Source: an uncultured Bacteroidota bacterium
Lineage (GTDB): Bacteria; CLD3; SB21
Assembly (NCBI GenBank): GCA_964563165.1
Contig: CAZLWA010000097.1
Span: 71,893 to 135,892 of the forward strand
Length of the DNA: 64,000 bases
Reading direction: 5' to 3'
Of the stretch, positions 20,473-29,885 are shown one piece after another. Numbering within the stretch: the stretch's first letter is position 1; each line of letters begins with the position of its first letter. The position numbers were made by a program, and so were the translations under genes. Below the pieces are notes generated by a model, which was not told the DNA's origin, made no database searches, and saw only the letters and a program-made list of their open reading frames with translations.

Positions 20473-21894
20473 TTAGTACAATGGTCTGTTTGCTGAAATC
20501 CGCTCTGCGAGATATCCCGTTACAAATCCGGCGACCGCAAAGATGAGTCCGAACACAATATATTCCAAACCGTTTTCCTTAATTGACTTGGAAATTGAAA
20601 CCGTGATCCAATGATGAGAACTATTGAAGTAAAAAAAAACAGTGCCCAAAAAGCCCGAGAGACTCGACCAATAAACCGCACGAACGGGAATGGCGCCGCC
20701 TATCGTGGACAGGACGGGAATGGCCACGGTCGTGCTTAATATTCCCGACGAAAGATAGAAAATATCCCAGAGAGAATCAACATTCAACGCTACAAAAAAC
20801 GTAATGGCCAAAACGCACGCGTTCGAGACTTTAGATTGGAAAAGATTCTTGATCTTCAGTACATCGCGGCCGATATTCAAGCTGACGATATTCGTACAGG
20901 TATCGATCGTGCTCATCGCTGCCGTCAATAAGCCCAAACCTAAAAAACCGACCAACACGGGATTCTGATAAGGAGCAATGATGGCGGAAATAATTTTTTC
21001 CGCGTTGTGGCCGATAAGTTCCGCCGATCCGGCAACCTGCGGCGGAAAAAGATTTAATGCACTCACGGCGATGGCTGCGGGCACGATACCGACAAACAAA
21101 AATGAATTGATTAAGCCGATGCCTGCGGCTTTGCGGGCCTCTTTCGCATCCCTTGCCGCCTGAATACGCAGCCACAAATCTGCTTCGCTGAGCCAGCCCG
21201 GAAAATACGCGCAGGCCGTGATCACGATCAGAACGATCAGTTGTGTATCAGGCACCATCGAATGAGCTTTGGCGGGCTTTAATGATAACCATTCAATGTT
21301 TCCTACCCGATCCACCGCCATCAGCGAAACGGCCAGCAAATACGCCGCGACAAAAACAAATTGAAATTTATCCGTCTTAACCACCGCCGAAAACCCGCCC
21401 CACGTCGAATAAATACCGATGGTAAGCGTGATCAGGAACATGATCGTCTTTTTATCGATCCCAAGCGGCGCCTCCAATAGATTACCCGCCACATAAACCT
21501 CCGCGCCCGCCCAAATAAGAAATACGACGATCTGCGCGACACTGATCACGAGCGAGGCCCGATTTCCAAATCGCTGGCGCACCATTTCCGGCTGACTGAA
21601 TGCCGGCATCTTGTGGTATCGCGTCGATAAGAAATAAATCCCGCTCAAACCGGCCATCCACGGCACGGTCATTAGAAGGAATCCTGAAAAACCATACCAA
21701 TAAAATACCTGAATGGCGTACACGCACGACCAGGAGATAGACATGAATCCTGCCGACAAAGAAAACCCTGCCGACCAGCCGGTTAAAGATTTTCCCGCCG
21801 TCCAGAAATCCTCACCCGTTTTGGCGCCGCGGCTGCTGAATCCGAGGTAAATGAGATAGGACAGAAATAGTATGAAAATGATCCAAGTAATCAT
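20473..21894 (-). CDS. sodium:solute symporter (SSS) family transporter
   Basis: It is 473 aa with about 13 TM helices and an N-terminal GAKTGEDFWTAGKSL region, characteristic of SSS transporters. Confidence 0.75.
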   Translation of the reverse strand: MITWIIFILFLSYLIYLGFSSRGAKTGEDFWTAGKSLTGWSAGFSLSAGFMSISWSCVYAIQVFYWYGFSGFLLMTVPWMAGLSGIYFLSTRYHKMPAFSQPEMVRQRFGNRASLVISVAQIVVFLIWAGAEVYVAGNLLEAPLGIDKKTIMFLITLTIGIYSTWGGFSAVVKTDKFQFVFVAAYLLAVSLMAVDRVGNIEWLSLKPAKAHSMVPDTQLIVLIVITACAYFPGWLSEADLWLRIQAARDAKEARKAAGIGLINSFLFVGIVPAAIAVSALNLFPPQVAGSAELIGHNAEKIISAIIAPYQNPVLVGFLGLGLLTAAMSTIDTCTNIVSLNIGRDVLKIKNLFQSKVSNACVLAITFFVALNVDSLWDIFYLSSGILSTTVAIPVLSTIGGAIPVRAVYWSSLSGFLGTVFFYFNSSHHWITVSISKSIKENGLEYIVFGLIFAVAGFVTGYLAERISANRPLY

Positions 21895-21900
21895 TTTTAG

Positions 21901-21935
21901 TTATCAGTTATCAGTTGTCAGTTGTCAGTTGTCAG
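21901..21935. repeat. tandem heptamer repeat (TTATCAG x2, TTGTCAG x3) abutting the transporter start codon
   Basis: Read directly: ttatcag ttatcag ttgtcag ttgtcag ttgtcag. It lies 7 nt upstream of the ATG (21892-21894, minus strand). Confidence 0.8.
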
Positions 21936-22007
21936 TTATTAACTATCAATTGTACTGACGCGATTTGAATTCTTAGGATGGAAATGCAAGGCAGGACAAG
22001 CTTTAAA

Positions 22008-24149
22008 TTACTCGAATTTGTATTCGACTTTGGTCGTGATTTCCGGGCGTACGCGTACGGTGATCTCGTAAAATTTTGAGAAATTGGGGTGCGTGAACCG
22101 GATCTTGTGAAAACCCGGCTGAATTTCAATGACGCCGGGCGTTTGGCCATCGTCGCGCAAAACCGTATTGATGTAAATTTGTGCACCGGGCGGGTTGGTC
22201 GTACATTCCAGAAATCCGTTCGGATTTAAGAAAACAACCGTCGTTTGCGTCGTATCGTTTTTATCAACCTTGACCGACTTTATTTTCTTCTCCTTCTTAT
22301 TAACTGCTTTGATTTTATGTATGCTCGCCAGAAGCCTGGGAATATACACCGGCGCAGTTCCTGCCAGTGTTTCGCTGTCGTCCAGATAAACTTCGGCTCC
22401 CGTCGGATTGGATTTGACCAGCAGGACTCCGTACATCGGCTTCAAGGAGTCCGATAACTCAATGGTTGAATCCGCTTTGATGAAAAGTTTTCTCTCCACA
22501 TCTTCATATCCGTCCAGGTGCACGATGACATTTTGCTCGCCGACTTCGACGCTGTACTTGTTGGATTTGGAATTACGATACATCTTTTTTCCGCCGACGA
22601 TCAATGACACGGTTTCCGGGAAGGCTTTTTCAAGGGAAACCGTTCCGCGTAATTTCTCAAGAAATGCATCTATTTGGTTCAACCGGTATTTCCGGAGCGA
22701 AACGTTCTTCTTGGTGGTCACATGATCTTCTTTGGAAAATAACAACGTGTAATTTCCTCCCGGAAAAGGAAAATTCTCTATCGGCGTATAACCGATAAAT
22801 CTTCCGGAACTCGTTTCCACTTTCGCCATTTTGGGTACCGACGTAATCGTGAAATACGACGTATCGATGCCCGGCCGGATTTCCACAGGAGACAATTTGA
22901 GGTTGGCGTTCACTTCTTTGCCTTCACCCGTCGCAAAAATCAAGTCCGTCTCATACGTATCATAAAATTCGCGTTTAATGACGAGTCTATGTTCACCGCT
23001 GCCGATGCTGTCGATCCTCAAGATATTTCCGGCGGCAGCTATTTCGGTGCCGTCAATCGTGACCGTTGCATCCGGCACATTGATGGTCACCAGCAGCGAC
23101 GCGGGTTTTTTACCCGATTTCGATAAACTGCTTGAAGTCGAGCGGCCAAATGTGACCATCACAATGAGAAGTGCGGTGGCAATAAATGAATAAATAGACA
23201 GGCCAACCAGGAGCTGTTTGTAATCCAGGACCTCAAGGGCTTTTCGGATAACCGTATCGGTAAGATTCTCATTCTTGGCTTTGTCCGCGGCGGGAGCAGG
23301 CTGGGTCATGGTCAGCGTGAGTTCAACCCGGCGAATGTCCTGTGCCAAAAAATCCACCGTGCGGTAGCGTTCATCGGCATTACGGCGCAGCGCGCGCGAA
23401 ATGATAGTGTCAAAAACGGGTGGCACCAGCGGATTCACGACGCTGACCGGCGTTGGGTTTTCGTTGACGACCTTGTACATAACTTCCGTTAAATTGGCGC
23501 CCGTGAAGGCCTTGCGCTGAGTCAGTAATTCATAGAATACGGCGCCAAGTGAAAAGATATCCGCGCGATGATCGACCGGTCTTCCGGTGATCTGCTCCGG
23601 CGACATATATCCCGGCGTACCGAGAATCGTTCCGACCACAGTGTTAGTCGAGGTGGTCACTTTCGCAATTCCGAAATCCATGATCTTGGCGCTGCCGTCG
23701 TTCGTCACAATGACATTCGCAGGCTTGATATCGCGGTGAATCACGCCATTTTTGTGTGCGTAGCTCAAGCCGTCGCAAATGTGGAGCATGATCTCGATCA
23801 TACGATTGACCGGCAGCTCCGGTTCGTTTTCGATGATCTGTTCCAGCGTTTTTCCTTCGACGTATTCCATCGCGATGTATGTGGTGTCGCCGTCCTCTTC
23901 CACATCAAATATGGTGACAATATTGGGATGCGACAGCTTGCCGGCAAATTGCGCCTCGTGAAGAAACCGTTCACGAAATTCTTTAATTCTTTCCTCGGGT
24001 ACTTCCCCTTGCAGCTGCAGCGTTTTGATCGCAACGACGCGGTCGATCTTTTCATCCAGCGCTTTATACACGATCCCCATCGCGCCCTGGCCGAGCACGC
24101 TGACGATCTTAAACCGGCCGAGTCTCTCAATTTTAGAATCGTTGGGCAT
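22008..24149 (-). CDS. Hanks-type Ser/Thr protein kinase with a TM segment and C-terminal PEGA-like repeats
   Basis: Kinase motifs are GQGAMGIVYKA, VAIK, HRDIKPANV, DFGIAK and GTPGYMSPE. A TM helix lies around residue 310. The C-terminal repeats are of the type SNPTGAEVYLD… and TNPPGAQIYIN…. Confidence 0.8.
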   Translation of the reverse strand: MPNDSKIERLGRFKIVSVLGQGAMGIVYKALDEKIDRVVAIKTLQLQGEVPEERIKEFRERFLHEAQFAGKLSHPNIVTIFDVEEDGDTTYIAMEYVEGKTLEQIIENEPELPVNRMIEIMLHICDGLSYAHKNGVIHRDIKPANVIVTNDGSAKIMDFGIAKVTTSTNTVVGTILGTPGYMSPEQITGRPVDHRADIFSLGAVFYELLTQRKAFTGANLTEVMYKVVNENPTPVSVVNPLVPPVFDTIISRALRRNADERYRTVDFLAQDIRRVELTLTMTQPAPAADKAKNENLTDTVIRKALEVLDYKQLLVGLSIYSFIATALLIVMVTFGRSTSSSLSKSGKKPASLLVTINVPDATVTIDGTEIAAAGNILRIDSIGSGEHRLVIKREFYDTYETDLIFATGEGKEVNANLKLSPVEIRPGIDTSYFTITSVPKMAKVETSSGRFIGYTPIENFPFPGGNYTLLFSKEDHVTTKKNVSLRKYRLNQIDAFLEKLRGTVSLEKAFPETVSLIVGGKKMYRNSKSNKYSVEVGEQNVIVHLDGYEDVERKLFIKADSTIELSDSLKPMYGVLLVKSNPTGAEVYLDDSETLAGTAPVYIPRLLASIHKIKAVNKKEKKIKSVKVDKNDTTQTTVVFLNPNGFLECTTNPPGAQIYINTVLRDDGQTPGVIEIQPGFHKIRFTHPNFSKFYEITVRVRPEITTKVEYKFE

Positions 24150-24531
24150 TACGTTGTATAAGTTTATTATTATGAAAGGAAAATCATATAAAGATAAAAT
24201 TTATATTCCACGATGGCAAGACAAAAACCAAGGTTTTGAAAAAATCAAATTGCTGGAAATCTTCCTGATGCGCGGTTGACATTTGATTTTCTTATGAATA
24301 ACTTCCGGTAAAGAAAAGAGGTGATGGTATGAATGAGGTCAAAAGCTTGACGGCAAACAAAATTTCTTAAGAAACTCAATGAATGTCATAAGTGATTCGG
24401 AAGGCATGAATTTGAAAAATATTTTGCAATGCTTGAATCATTTTTCAAACCATTTGTTGTACAAATAAAGAAGTTGGAAGACCCGGGGCCTACCATTTAA
24501 CCGGGCCGCCACGATTTCCAGTTCAACGCTA

Positions 24532-25179
24532 CTATTTCGTATTTTTCGTCAAATATTCTGTGACCAACTTCCTATACGCTTGCCATTTTTCATCTTTCAA
24601 AGTATACTTGAAGTGCCGGTATATCGGAATCAAAGGACGCCCGAGTTTGTTTGAACTTTTTGGAAATGGGACTTTGTGTTTTGCGCTGTAAATATTTTTC
24701 GCTGAGCCTGGTTTGACGCCGTCTTTTAGCAGAACCTTCACAATAATTTCAGCCGTAGCTATAACCGGAATGTTTTTGTCAAAATTTGCGTCCAGTTCCA
24801 TTTTAAGATAGGGTATCCATACTTTTGCCGCCTTCGTCCAGTCTTTTTCATGTTCGCCTGTCTCTTTCTCGAAATAGTTTTGACAGACGTTTTGAACGTA
24901 AATATCTTTCATTGAAAGGCCGATGAGATTGAGATTATCTTCAATGCCTTTAAAATACCGATCATCCCCCGGCTTATTCGGATCCAAATCAAAAACAAAA
25001 CTGAATGTTTTTCCTTCCTTATTCGAGGGATCGGCTCCGAGAACAATAGCGCGAACGCTCTCGGGAGAAATGCAGAAGGGACTGGGCGGAGCGACATCAT
25101 ACTTCCCAGTAATTTTCAGTTTTTCACTAAGCTGTTTGTAAATTGCTTTGATGTCCGCGTTTTCAAGTTTTTTTAACAT
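24532..25179 (-). CDS. hypothetical protein in a low-GC islet (weak UDG-superfamily-like GxDP / H..P motifs, unverified)
   Basis: The 215 aa ORF has visibly AT-rich coding sequence compared with its neighbours. It is flanked by 380 bp and 480 bp non-coding regions. I am not certain of any domain match. Confidence 0.4.
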   Translation of the reverse strand: MLKKLENADIKAIYKQLSEKLKITGKYDVAPPSPFCISPESVRAIVLGADPSNKEGKTFSFVFDLDPNKPGDDRYFKGIEDNLNLIGLSMKDIYVQNVCQNYFEKETGEHEKDWTKAAKVWIPYLKMELDANFDKNIPVIATAEIIVKVLLKDGVKPGSAKNIYSAKHKVPFPKSSNKLGRPLIPIYRHFKYTLKDEKWQAYRKLVTEYLTKNTK

Positions 25180-25657
25180 AATTCACCTCTATGTTATTTT
25201 TTGTTTTTCCATATTGAGATGCTCTAAAAGGCTCTTAAGATATTTTGACTTGGTGAGGAAGGGATGGCCATCTGTCTCTATTAATCGCTGTTTTTATGGT
25301 TTTACGATCCAACGCAAAATTGAAAATACAGGCGGGAATGGGAATCCCCCGCGACTTTTGTCCTAAGTTGGATGAGAATCCTTCCCCCTTTAATAAAGGG
25401 GGGTGGCAATTCCGGGGGGATTAAATTCGCGGGTGAAATTACAGGTCACCCCTACGGGGTTCTGAATTTTTTATTTTACATTCAGCTACACACAGTTCGC
25501 CCCTACGGGGCTTACTTGCGGAAAGGGTGAGATTCTCAGCCAGAACTCCAGCGTAATGAATAATGAGCAATGAATAATGAGTAATAGAAAGATCTACCCG
25601 ATCAACGTCCATTAATCATTACTCATTATTAATTATTCATTATGAAGCGGAGAGGGT

Positions 25658-25744
25658 GGGATTCGAACCCACGGTAGATTTGCACCCACACCGGTTTTCG
25701 AGACCGGCTCCTTCAACCACTCGGACACCTCTCCCACAACTTAA
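25658..25744 (-). tRNA. tRNA-Ser (anticodon CGA), class II with a long variable arm
   Basis: The minus strand reads GGAGAGGTGTCCGAGTGGTTGAAGGAGCCGGTCTCGAAAACCGGTGTGGGTGCAAATCTACCGTGGGTTCGAATCCCACCCTCTCCG. The anticodon stem is CCGGT/ACCGG, the loop is CTCGAAA, and the T-arm is GTGGG-TTCGAAT-CCCAC. Confidence 0.85.
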
Positions 25745-25810
25745 AATTTGCTGGCTCCTTTGCGCCATAGGCGCATCAGCCTCAGCCAGAGGCTGACGGG
25801 TCCGGCTGAA

Positions 25811-25830
25811 AACCACTCGGACACCTCTCC
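25811..25830 (-). repeat. exact 20-nt duplicate of the tRNA-Ser 5' end (GGAGAGGTGTCCGAGTGGTT) followed by two hairpins; not a functional tRNA
   Basis: AACCACTCGGACACCTCTCC occurs at 25725-25744 and again at 25811-25830. Downstream (minus-strand sense) are the hairpins TCAGCCTC-TGGC-GAGGCTGA and TGCGCC-TATG-GCGCA. Confidence 0.7.
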
Positions 25831-25872
25831 TAATAAGCCCGCAAGGATAAGAAATTAATCTCTTTTCTGCAA

Positions 25873-27357
25873 TTATTTTTTCAATATCTCTTCTCCGCAA
25901 TTGACAACCGCTTTGATCAACATATCGAAATCCTCATACCGGCTGCGATGATTGACGATCGCGACGCGTAATACGAATTTGCCGTTGAGTGTCGTACCGG
26001 ACGGAACAGCGATCCCGCTCTCCTGCACGCGAATCAGGATCTCCTCATTAATTTTATTTAGTTCGTCTTCATTCAATCCATCTGAGAGATACCGGAAACA
26101 AACCACATTGAGCGGGACGGGCCCCGCCAGCTCTAAGTTGGGATGCTGCTTGATCCGGTCTGCGAGATATTTCGCCTGATCTACATTTTGCCGAATGAGA
26201 TCCGTAAACGCGTTCATGCCGTAGGCCTTGATCGTCATCCAGGCCTTGAGCGCTTTGAAACCACGCGTGAGTTCGATGCCGCGCTCCGCAAAAGGCAGTC
26301 CTCCGGCAATGACACCGCGTGATGTTTCAGCGATGTAACTGGCGCCGCTGGCAAATGTTTTGCGATGCTGCTCCCCGTCGCGTATGAGCACGCAGGCAAT
26401 TTCATAAGGAAGATACATCCATTTATGAAGGTCAAATGCGATCGAATCGGCTTTTTCAATTCCGGCAACCAGCGGCTTCAACTCCGGAACTATTCTCGCA
26501 AGCGCTCCAAAGGCTCCGTCAACGTGAAACCATAATTTTTCGTCATAACACAAACGCGCCAGAGATTCCAAATCATCTATCGCGCCCGTATTGACCGTGC
26601 CGGCATTGCCGATCACGCAAAACGGCTGAAGTCCACTGCGCCGGTCTTCGCTGATGGAAATACGCAAAGCCTGTAAATCTATCCGGTATTCTCCGTCCAC
26701 GGGAATGCGATGAAAAGAATTTCGTCCAAGCCCCAAAAGTTCTGCCGCCGATTCCGCCCAGCGATGCGTTTCGGTTGAACCGTACAAAATGAGTTTCCGG
26801 TGTTTTTCGTTTTGCAATCCTTCGTCACGTATATTGAACCCGGCTTTTGCATTTCGCGCAACAACCAGCGCTGTAATATTGGCCATGGTTCCTCCGCTGA
26901 CAAGAAGGCCGCTTGTTTCTTCGGGCATACCCATCAGTTCCGACATCCATGCCAACACCTGATGTTCGACAAGCACCGGAGCCTGATTGAATCCGGCCAA
27001 GTGGGGATTCAATCCGGAGGCCAACATATCGGCCATCATCGCCAACGGAATACCGGTTCCCTGCACCCAGCCCCAAAATCGCGGATGAATATTGCCGTTG
27101 GGATATGGCAAAATACTTTCTAAAAATTCCCGATAAACGGACTCCCCGCCTTCTCCTTCGGCGGGCAGCGGCTTATTGAAATTCTTTTTCACTTTATCCG
27201 GCATCGGCTGCCAAGCCGGCTTATTTCGAATGGATGAAAGATGGTTCAGCATGTCATCCAACATGGTGTGTCCAAGTTTTCGAAAAGCGTCCCAATCCGC
27301 AGGATCAAGCGTCCGTTCTGGTTGGGCCCTGTCAATAATAGATTCACCGGATTTCAT
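25873..27357 (-). CDS. pyridoxal-phosphate-dependent amino-acid decarboxylase, group II (DDC/GAD/HDC family)
   Basis: It has the PLP-lysine motif AFDLHKWMYLPYE and …SGGTMANITALVVAR…. The ORF is 494 aa. Confidence 0.75.
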   Translation of the reverse strand: MKSGESIIDRAQPERTLDPADWDAFRKLGHTMLDDMLNHLSSIRNKPAWQPMPDKVKKNFNKPLPAEGEGGESVYREFLESILPYPNGNIHPRFWGWVQGTGIPLAMMADMLASGLNPHLAGFNQAPVLVEHQVLAWMSELMGMPEETSGLLVSGGTMANITALVVARNAKAGFNIRDEGLQNEKHRKLILYGSTETHRWAESAAELLGLGRNSFHRIPVDGEYRIDLQALRISISEDRRSGLQPFCVIGNAGTVNTGAIDDLESLARLCYDEKLWFHVDGAFGALARIVPELKPLVAGIEKADSIAFDLHKWMYLPYEIACVLIRDGEQHRKTFASGASYIAETSRGVIAGGLPFAERGIELTRGFKALKAWMTIKAYGMNAFTDLIRQNVDQAKYLADRIKQHPNLELAGPVPLNVVCFRYLSDGLNEDELNKINEEILIRVQESGIAVPSGTTLNGKFVLRVAIVNHRSRYEDFDMLIKAVVNCGEEILKK

Positions 27358-27562
27358 TTTATGTCACCTTTCACTATGCCGCTCCGCATTTATTTTAATT
27401 TCTCAAGATATTATCAAAGAGGATAAATTTCCACCCGTTTCTTCCTTAGGCCTTAAACCCTGACTGTGAACGAATCTCAGACCCCTCCCTTTCTCCCTCC
27501 CCTTGGTAAGGGGAGGGACGGGGTGGGGTTCTGAATTTCTACTCGTTTCTTGCGTGACGTTA

Positions 27563-27595
27563 GAACCCTGAAGGTTCTCAGAACCTTCAGGGTTC
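27563..27595. repeat. 33-nt near-perfect palindrome (16-bp stem) in the divergent intergenic region
   Basis: GAACCCTGAAGGTTCT-C-AGAACCTTCAGGGTTC. A second strong hairpin CCCTCCCCTT-ggt-AAGGGGAGGG lies at about 27495-27517. Confidence 0.7.
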
Positions 27596-27701
27596 AATTC
27601 TGCCATGATAATATATTGAATTTTGCGCTCGTTTTACCTAAAATATGAGTAAATGATCCGTAATAACCAGACGCCATGTCCCATTTTAACCTCTACTCCT
27701 A

Positions 27702-29813
27702 ATGCCGATCAAAAATGACACGTTGGTTTCTGCCCTTCATGAGGTAGCTCATAATTTATGGTGGACGTGGAATCAAAAAGCCCAGTTCATTTTTAAAGAA
27801 CTCGCCACGCAAACATGGGAAGATTCCAATCACAATGCCGTCGCTGTTTTAAATGCGGTGACGCAATCCGAATTGCAGGCACGCATGCGGGAATCTGTTT
27901 TCGGAAAAAGAGTTCAGGAAATGCTGCAGGGTTTTCATGATTATATGCACCGTGAGAAGACCTGGGGCAGTGTCAATATGACGGAATTCAAAGATCATCC
28001 TATTGCCTACTTCAGCCCTGAATTTGCTTTGCACGAATGCCTGCCGATCTATTCCGGCGGCCTCGGCATTTTAGCCGGCGATCATATTAAATCCGCCAGC
28101 GACCTGGGTATTCCGATGGTCGGCATAGGGCTTTTTTATCGCCAGGGATATTTCCACCAAACGCTGGCCATGGACGGAATGCAGCATGAAGGTTATGACA
28201 ACAATGAACCTTCCAATTTACCGCTCCAACTTCTTTCGGACAAGAGCGGGAAACCGATCGTCACTTTTGTTGAAATCGGACACAGCATCGTCAAAATCTA
28301 TACCTGGAAACTTAACCTCGGCCGTATCACACTGTACTTGCTTGACAGCAATCATCCGGATAATGAGGAACACTATCGTGAACTGACTGCGCGCACTTAC
28401 GGCGGCGATATCACGACCCGGATATGCCAGGAAATTGTGATGGGCATCGGCGGCGTACGTCTGCTCAAAACGATCGGCATTGAACCCGCAGTCTATCATA
28501 TGAATGAAGGCCACAGTGCTTTCCTGGCGCTGGAATTGGCGCGTGAAAAACTGCTCGAGGGTAAATCGCTGGATGAAGCATTTGCCTGGGTCAAAGATCA
28601 TTGCGTATTTTCCACGCATACACCCGTTCCGGCGGGGCACGATCGCTTCTCCAAGGATCTGATGCTGTTCACCCTGTCGAATTACAGCGCCGTCATCGGC
28701 ATCTCCATTGACAAGATCATGGAACTCGGCCGCGTCCATGCGCAGGATGAAAAAGAGACCTTTTGCATGACGGTACTGGCTCTCAAGATGTCCAGAGCCG
28801 CCAACGCGGTCAGCGCGTTGCATAAGGACGTCACTCATAAAATGTGGCAATCGCTTTATCCGGACAAGCCCGTAGACCAGGTTCCGATCACCCACATTAC
28901 CAACGGCGTTCACATTTTAGGGTGGATGAACTATCCCACGCGAAAATTCTGGCAAAAATTTCTCGGCGACGACTGGGAATACCACATCATGCAGGGCGAT
29001 TTTTGGGGTAAAGTTTCCGATCCGAATTTCATACCGGATGAAGAGATCTGGGCCCTGCGTTATAATTTGCGGAGACTGCTCATTGAGTTTACCCGCATGC
29101 GGCTGCGGGAGCAGCAGCGCCGTGCCGGCAGCGACGGCATGCACTTGTTTGACTCGTTTTTATCGCCCGACGTGTTGACGATCGGATTTTCAAGACGGTT
29201 TGCGACCTACAAACGCGCCTCGCTTATTTTTTCGAACCTGGAAAAATCCATGGCGATGTTCAATGATCCCGACCGTCCGATTCAAATTATCTTTGCGGGA
29301 AAAGCGCATCCCAAAGACGATTACGGAAAAACGCTGATCAAACGCATCGTCGAATTAAGCAAACACCCTCAGCTATTCGGAAAAGTTGCCTTTATAGAAA
29401 ATTACGATATTAATGTAGCCCGTTATTTGATCTCCGGCTGCGATGTGTGGCTCAATAATCCGCGGCGCCCGCTCGAAGCCAGCGGAACGAGCGGACAGAA
29501 AATAGGCATTCACGGCGGATTGAATTTGAGCATTCTCGACGGCTGGTGGCGTGAAGGGTACGACGGCACGAACGGCTTTGCCATTGGCAAAGACGAGAAT
29601 CCGGACAACGAAGCCGAACAAGACCGGATCGACGAAGAAAATTTGTACCGCGCTTTGCAAAGTGAAGTGATCCCTGTATTTTATAACCGTGACGAAAACG
29701 ATATTCCCCGCCTCTGGATTCAAAAGATCCGGCGCGCGATGCAGACGCTTATTCCGCAATTCAACACCGACCGTATGGTGGCGGAATACGCGTTGAAAAT
29801 GTATAAGAAATAA
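27702..29813 (+). CDS. glgP: alpha-glucan (glycogen/maltodextrin) phosphorylase, GT35, short ~700 aa type with DUF3417-like N-terminus
   Basis: It has an N-terminal LWWTWN region and a phosphorylase core with a conserved PLP-site region (…FAGKAHPKD…). The ORF is 703 aa. Confidence 0.8.
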   Translation: MPIKNDTLVSALHEVAHNLWWTWNQKAQFIFKELATQTWEDSNHNAVAVLNAVTQSELQARMRESVFGKRVQEMLQGFHDYMHREKTWGSVNMTEFKDHPIAYFSPEFALHECLPIYSGGLGILAGDHIKSASDLGIPMVGIGLFYRQGYFHQTLAMDGMQHEGYDNNEPSNLPLQLLSDKSGKPIVTFVEIGHSIVKIYTWKLNLGRITLYLLDSNHPDNEEHYRELTARTYGGDITTRICQEIVMGIGGVRLLKTIGIEPAVYHMNEGHSAFLALELAREKLLEGKSLDEAFAWVKDHCVFSTHTPVPAGHDRFSKDLMLFTLSNYSAVIGISIDKIMELGRVHAQDEKETFCMTVLALKMSRAANAVSALHKDVTHKMWQSLYPDKPVDQVPITHITNGVHILGWMNYPTRKFWQKFLGDDWEYHIMQGDFWGKVSDPNFIPDEEIWALRYNLRRLLIEFTRMRLREQQRRAGSDGMHLFDSFLSPDVLTIGFSRRFATYKRASLIFSNLEKSMAMFNDPDRPIQIIFAGKAHPKDDYGKTLIKRIVELSKHPQLFGKVAFIENYDINVARYLISGCDVWLNNPRRPLEASGTSGQKIGIHGGLNLSILDGWWREGYDGTNGFAIGKDENPDNEAEQDRIDEENLYRALQSEVIPVFYNRDENDIPRLWIQKIRRAMQTLIPQFNTDRMVAEYALKMYKK

Positions 29814-29880
29814 TTACAAATTACGAATTAAGAATTACGACAAGCAAGTCGTAATTCGTAATTTGGCATTCGTAATTTAG
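29812..29880. repeat. AT-rich inverted-repeat element, family member 1 (AATTACAAATTACGAATTAAGAATTACGAC…GTCGTAATTCGTAATT)
   Basis: It has a perfect 10-bp stem GAATTACGAC/GTCGTAATTC plus additional ATTCGTAATT copies. It lies between the glgP stop and the ogt start, and shares a core of about 25 nt with the elements at 48301 and 61239. Confidence 0.75.
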
Positions 29881-29885
29881 GATTT

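Noticed and set aside
21901-21935. The heptamer tandem array as a possible CRISPR-like or minisatellite locus
   Set aside because: The units are 7 nt with no spacers, far too short for CRISPR. It is kept as a simple tandem repeat with a possible regulatory role.
24150-25744. A tRNA-Ser-associated integrative element (genomic island)
   Set aside because: There is no integrase, excisionase or transposase, and no duplicate of the tRNA 3' end at the far side. Only one small ORF is present. It is retained only as a low-GC islet.
25456-27539. Identical 14-mer GGGGTTCTGAATTT in two intergenic regions flanking the decarboxylase gene, suggesting a repeat family
   Set aside because: About 15 identical 14-mer pairs are expected by chance in 64 kb on two strands. 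The flanking sequences do not align, so I do not count this as a repeat family.
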